IMG/VR virus record: IMGVR_UViG_3300002140_000088
Direction: 5' to 3' (one strand)
From: an uncultured virus (IMG/VR IMGVR_UViG_3300002140_000088)
Lineage: Duplodnaviria > Heunggongvirae > Uroviricota > Caudoviricetes
Length of the DNA: 20,000 nucleotides
In this document: positions 17,058 to 20,000 of the stretch, piece after piece
How positions within the stretch are numbered: position 1 is the first letter of the stretch
Layout of the letters: every line of letters begins with the position of its first letter
Translations under genes and position numbers: made by a program
Notes under the pieces: generated by a model
Database searches by the model: none
The model's input: only the letters and a program-made list of their open reading frames with translations
What the model was told of the DNA's origin: nothing

Positions 17058-17950
17058 TAGCCTATTGTCACCGTTTCTGAAGTCGTGCTAGTAGCCGTCA
17101 CGGTGTAAACCGTATTAGCGCCAACAACAACGCCTGCGCCACTGTTAGCTTCCGTAACACCACCGGAAAAAGTTATCAAAGTGCCGGTAGGCACTGCAAA
17201 AATGATTACACCTGAGCCACCATTTCCACCGCCGTTTATATTGCGGTAACCTCCGGCACCACCACCTCCGCTGTTGTCTGTTCCTGCGTTCCCTGCCGAA
17301 GTACCTGAACGGCCACCGCCCCCCCCAAGCCCCCCTGCAGATGTGCCGTTTGCTCCGCCTCCGCCACCGCCGCCACGATAAACAGGAGAACCTGTAATTG
17401 ACGAGGATACCCCGTTACCGCCATCACCGGCAGCAGCCGAAGCACCATCTTCTCCCACCTGTCCGGCACCACCTCCACCGCCGCCAGCAGCCGTAGTTCC
17501 GTCACCGTTAAAACCTTTTCCGCCGCCGAATTGCTGACCAATAACACCGTCGACTCCAGCCTCATCCTCGGCGCCCCCCGAACCTGGACCGCTAATCGAG
17601 GCTGAGGAATATGCTTTTCCGCCGCCGCCTTGGGAACACAAAATGTTAGCAAAGCGTGAGGCTCCACCGCCACCTCCGCTGGTAGTGTCAGACCCATTAC
17701 CGCCTGCACCCACAAGTACAGAATATGTCCCTGGCACTAAATAATAAGCGTCCTCAGCCGCAAGACCACCGCCAGAGCTTTCCCCCGTTACATTGGAGCG
17801 ATATCCACCTGCGGCTCCGCCACCAGGGTAATCAAAGCCACCCCCTCCACCGCCCCCAACAACAACATATTCCACCTGGATTGAGCCGCCGATAGCATCT
17901 TGCCAAGCCGTGCCATCCCAGATTTTGGCCGTAGTTAGTTGGTATGCCAC
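17057..17950 (-). CDS. Glycine-rich putative tail fibre/decoration protein, 297 aa
   Basis: GTG start overlapping the upstream TAG; KIWDGTAWQ N-terminus; VEYVVVGGGGGGG...GGGAAGGYRS...GGNGGSGVIIF; paralogous to 15811..16713. Confidence 0.8.
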   Translation of the reverse strand: MAYQLTTAKIWDGTAWQDAIGGSIQVEYVVVGGGGGGGFDYPGGGAAGGYRSNVTGESSGGGLAAEDAYYLVPGTYSVLVGAGGNGSDTTSGGGGGASRFANILCSQGGGGKAYSSASISGPGSGGAEDEAGVDGVIGQQFGGGKGFNGDGTTAAGGGGGGAGQVGEDGASAAAGDGGNGVSSSITGSPVYRGGGGGGGANGTSAGGLGGGGGRSGTSAGNAGTDNSGGGGAGGYRNINGGGNGGSGVIIFAVPTGTLITFSGGVTEANSGAGVVVGANTVYTVTATSTTSETVTIG

Positions 17951-18297
17951 TACGGTGCCTCAATCCAGACATCGCCGGTAGCAAGAGTATAATCAACATC
18001 TGGATCAATAGAGCCAACAAAGATACGACTAACACCACTATCATCGGTATTAATAGCAGAAGCATATCCACCTACAGCAGATACCCATTGTTGTGATGTA
18101 CCGTCGTCATAATAGACATACATTTTACCCTGTGTTTCGTCAAACCAAAGCTGTCCAACTGTTGGGGCAGCTGGAGCTGTCTCAGACATGATAACAAGTG
18201 CACCACTACGGGATTGCCATGCACCAACAGTGTCATTCCAGACATAGCTGCCGTATACATCACCGTCAACAGGACTTGCGGGAAAATCTAGTGGCAT
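17950..18297 (-). CDS. Small fibre-associated protein, 115 aa
   Basis: RBS GGAG; FPASPVDGDVY N-terminal motif plus SETAPAAPTVGQLWFD...MYVYY repeat module. Confidence 0.75.
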   Translation of the reverse strand: MPLDFPASPVDGDVYGSYVWNDTVGAWQSRSGALVIMSETAPAAPTVGQLWFDETQGKMYVYYDDGTSQQWVSAVGGYASAINTDDSGVSRIFVGSIDPDVDYTLATGDVWIEAP

Positions 18298-18320
18298 TAT
18301 TTATCTCCAATTCTTAAACC

Positions 18321-18328
18321 ATTATACA
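18321..18328 (-). promoter_or_regulatory. -10 element TGTATAAT
   Basis: Exact TATAAT in the 31-bp gap right after the upstream TGA stop. Confidence 0.55.
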
Positions 18329-18910
18329 TCATAAAACCTCTATCCATTGACTAGAATTTATGTCTGTATAGTATACGTATAATTTTTGTTCTGTTAGATC
18401 AAACCATAGGTCTCCATCTGTAGCTGATTCTGGAGAAACTTCTGATACCGTGCAAAGTCCACCAGCAGGACCTGCGGGTCCTGTAGGACCAGTGCTACCT
18501 AACGGACCAGTAGGTCCACTATTGCCAGCCTCAACCCACTGAGAACTATCGATATCAACATAATAGATAGCGGTAACTGCTGTTTCACTATTAAACCATC
18601 CATCACCATTATTAGGTGCTGTTGGTGCTGTTGCTGAAACATAAAATGCTGCTGCACCAGTAGGGCCCGTAGGCCCAGTAGGACCTGTTGGACCTGTAAC
18701 AGCTGGACCAACTGGACCTGTTGCTCCATCTGGACCGATTGGACCTGGAGGACCACTGACAGTGTCTAGGCTAGACCATGCGGAAACACCATCACCAATA
18801 CGAATATTTTCCTTGGTTGTATCAAACCCTATTTCGCCTAACGCTAATACTGGGTTATTTGATTCCCATTCAGCTGCAGTACCCCTGCGCTGTTGCATTC
18901 TAGTGGCCAA
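18329..18910 (-). CDS. Collagen-like tail fibre protein with Mtd-N/hyaluronidase-N-like anchor (~193 aa, TTG start MATRMQQRRG at 18910)
   Basis: GGAGG at 18920-18916 precedes TTG at 18910; RMQQRRGTAAEWESNNPVLALGEIGFDT...IRIGDGVSAWSSL anchor motif; two Gly-X-Y runs; two GDxWF modules. Confidence 0.8.
   Translation of the reverse strand: MATRMQQRRGTAAEWESNNPVLALGEIGFDTTKENIRIGDGVSAWSSLDTVSGPPGPIGPDGATGPVGPAVTGPTGPTGPTGPTGAAAFYVSATAPTAPNNGDGWFNSETAVTAIYYVDIDSSQWVEAGNSGPTGPLGSTGPTGPAGPAGGLCTVSEVSPESATDGDLWFDLTEQKLYVYYTDINSSQWIEVL
18466..18754 (-). repeat. Collagen Gly-X-Y (GPT-rich) coding repeats in two blocks
   Basis: GPPGPIGPDGATGPVGPAVTGPTGPTGPTGPTGA and GNSGPTGPLGSTGPTGPAGPAG; degenerate 9-bp repeats. 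Confidence 0.9.
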
Positions 18911-18936
18911 AGATTCCTCCAATAAAGACTTATTTA

Positions 18937-18945
18937 ATTATAACA
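18937..18945 (-). promoter_or_regulatory. Extended -10 element TGTTATAAT
   Basis: Exact TGnTATAAT in the short gap between the glycosyltransferase stop and the collagen gene RBS. Confidence 0.65.
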
Positions 18946-18950
18946 TGTTA

Positions 18951-20000
18951 TTAGTTTAATAGTTTTTTATGATAATGCACAAGATTGCTTTTTAGTCTAT
19001 CATCTTGTGAATTTAACTTTATAGCTTCCGTGCCATACCTTACAGCATCTTCATAGTTGCCAAGGGCATGTGAAGATATTGCTGCCAAGTCATATGGAAG
19101 ATCTCCCCAAGCTTCATCTTCACACAAATATTCTAGTGGTTTTTCTGTAATAGCTAGAGCATCTTTGGCAAACTTTAAACATTCTTCCCACTGCTGTGTT
19201 TCATAATAATATTTAGAGAGATCTACTATTGGTTCTCTGCGATTTGGTGCTTCATTAACTGCTTTGATAAACCAATCTTCTCTTTCTTTACCCTGGCTAC
19301 ATTTAGCAATGTATCTCATAGAAGCAGATCTTTCTGGCTTCCAAGTAGCACGTGGCAATGACAGATGCCTTAGAAATTCTTGCTTTGCTTCATCAAACTT
19401 AAAGTTAAAGAATAACTCTCTAGCATAATAGTGTGTATTACGATCATCTGATGGATCTTCGTCTACCGCAATTTTTAGCAATGGCAAATACTGTCCACGT
19501 GATTTAGAATGATCTGGGTGATGATGGATTTCTAATCCAGTCCACATTTGTTTTTCTTCAATACGATCTGTTGTGATAACTTCGTGTACTGGATGTTTCC
19601 AGCGGTATCCAAACCTAGAATGAATCTTATCCCCACCATACTGTAATCCAGGAATAGTTTCTTTTTCATCTTTCCATGACCAGGTGTATTGATACCTTGG
19701 CCTAGTAGCACCCTTTTTAAAAGCTTCTTCTAGATGCTCTCTCCATCCAGGTAAAAGTATTTCATCCATATCTAATGCAATACAGTAATCAATATCTTCT
19801 GGCAATAATGCCAAGGCAGAATTACGAGCATTGTCAAAACGCCAAGGTTTAATAATAATCCTTGCAGTATTGATACCCAACCTTTTGGCGGTATCTAAAG
19901 TACCATCAGAACTACCAGTATCAGCAATTAAAAGATAATCAGCATCTTTTGCTGATTCATACCATCTTCCAATAAACTGTTCTTCATTTAACGCAATAGT
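18951..20000 (-). CDS. Family 2 (GT-A) glycosyltransferase with C-terminal TPR-like repeats (5' end just outside the window)
   Basis: The frame is open to 20000: TIALNEEQFIGRWYESAKDADYLLIADTGSSDGT, then FDNARNSAL, DxD motif ALDMDE, WKHPVHE, and a helical YYARELFF...A..Y..A C-terminus. The ORF-track start at 19880 is internal. Confidence 0.92.
   Translation of the reverse strand, partial: TIALNEEQFIGRWYESAKDADYLLIADTGSSDGTLDTAKRLGINTARIIIKPWRFDNARNSALALLPEDIDYCIALDMDEILLPGWREHLEEAFKKGATRPRYQYTWSWKDEKETIPGLQYGGDKIHSRFGYRWKHPVHEVITTDRIEEKQMWTGLEIHHHPDHSKSRGQYLPLLKIAVDEDPSDDRNTHYYARELFFNFKFDEAKQEFLRHLSLPRATWKPERSASMRYIAKCSQGKEREDWFIKAVNEAPNRREPIVDLSKYYYETQQWEECLKFAKDALAITEKPLEYLCEDEAWGDLPYDLAAISSHALGNYEDAVRYGTEAIKLNSQDDRLKSNLVHYHKKLLN

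Noticed and set aside
17319..17335. C8 and C6 homopolymer runs as phase-variation tracts
   Set aside because: Explained by consecutive Gly codons; the frame is intact and there is no evidence of length variation.
18329..18910. Diversity-generating retroelement suggested by the Mtd-N-like domain
   Set aside because: No reverse transcriptase and no template/variable repeat pair seen in the window; this N-terminal anchor alone does not imply a DGR.
1..20000. CRISPR arrays, tRNAs, introns/inteins, integrase, or stop-codon reassignment
   Set aside because: Intergenic gaps are all under 90 bp, no spaced direct repeats were seen, genes are of expected size, and TAA, TAG and TGA all serve as ordinary stops.

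Overview
The window is a contiguous, entirely minus-strand virion morphogenesis region of a long-tailed dsDNA phage (siphovirus-like). In transcription order (right to left): a GT2/TPR glycosyltransferase (5' end outside the window), a cluster of collagen-like and Gly-rich fibre/decoration genes, a 1298-aa lectin-like (LamG-type) protein, a small hypothetical gene, portal, prohead protease with a nested scaffold, major capsid protein, neck/connector genes, major tail protein, two paralogous tail assembly chaperone genes, and the first 870 codons of a tape measure protein that the ORF track misses. The most unusual features are: (1) the tail chaperone pair appears to be made by gene duplication (a long G-T-like gene plus a short G-like gene, each with its own promoter-like motif) rather than by a programmed frameshift; (2) nine intergenic TATAAT-like -10 elements, three positioned for leaderless translation, which suggests an actinobacterial host (inference); (3) a strong internal RBS defining a nested scaffold with repeated VEKSD motifs; (4) a glycosyltransferase next to Thr-rich collagen and a compositionally mosaic fibre cassette; (5) no terminase next to the portal. 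All functional calls come from manual motif recognition and gene order; no database search was run.
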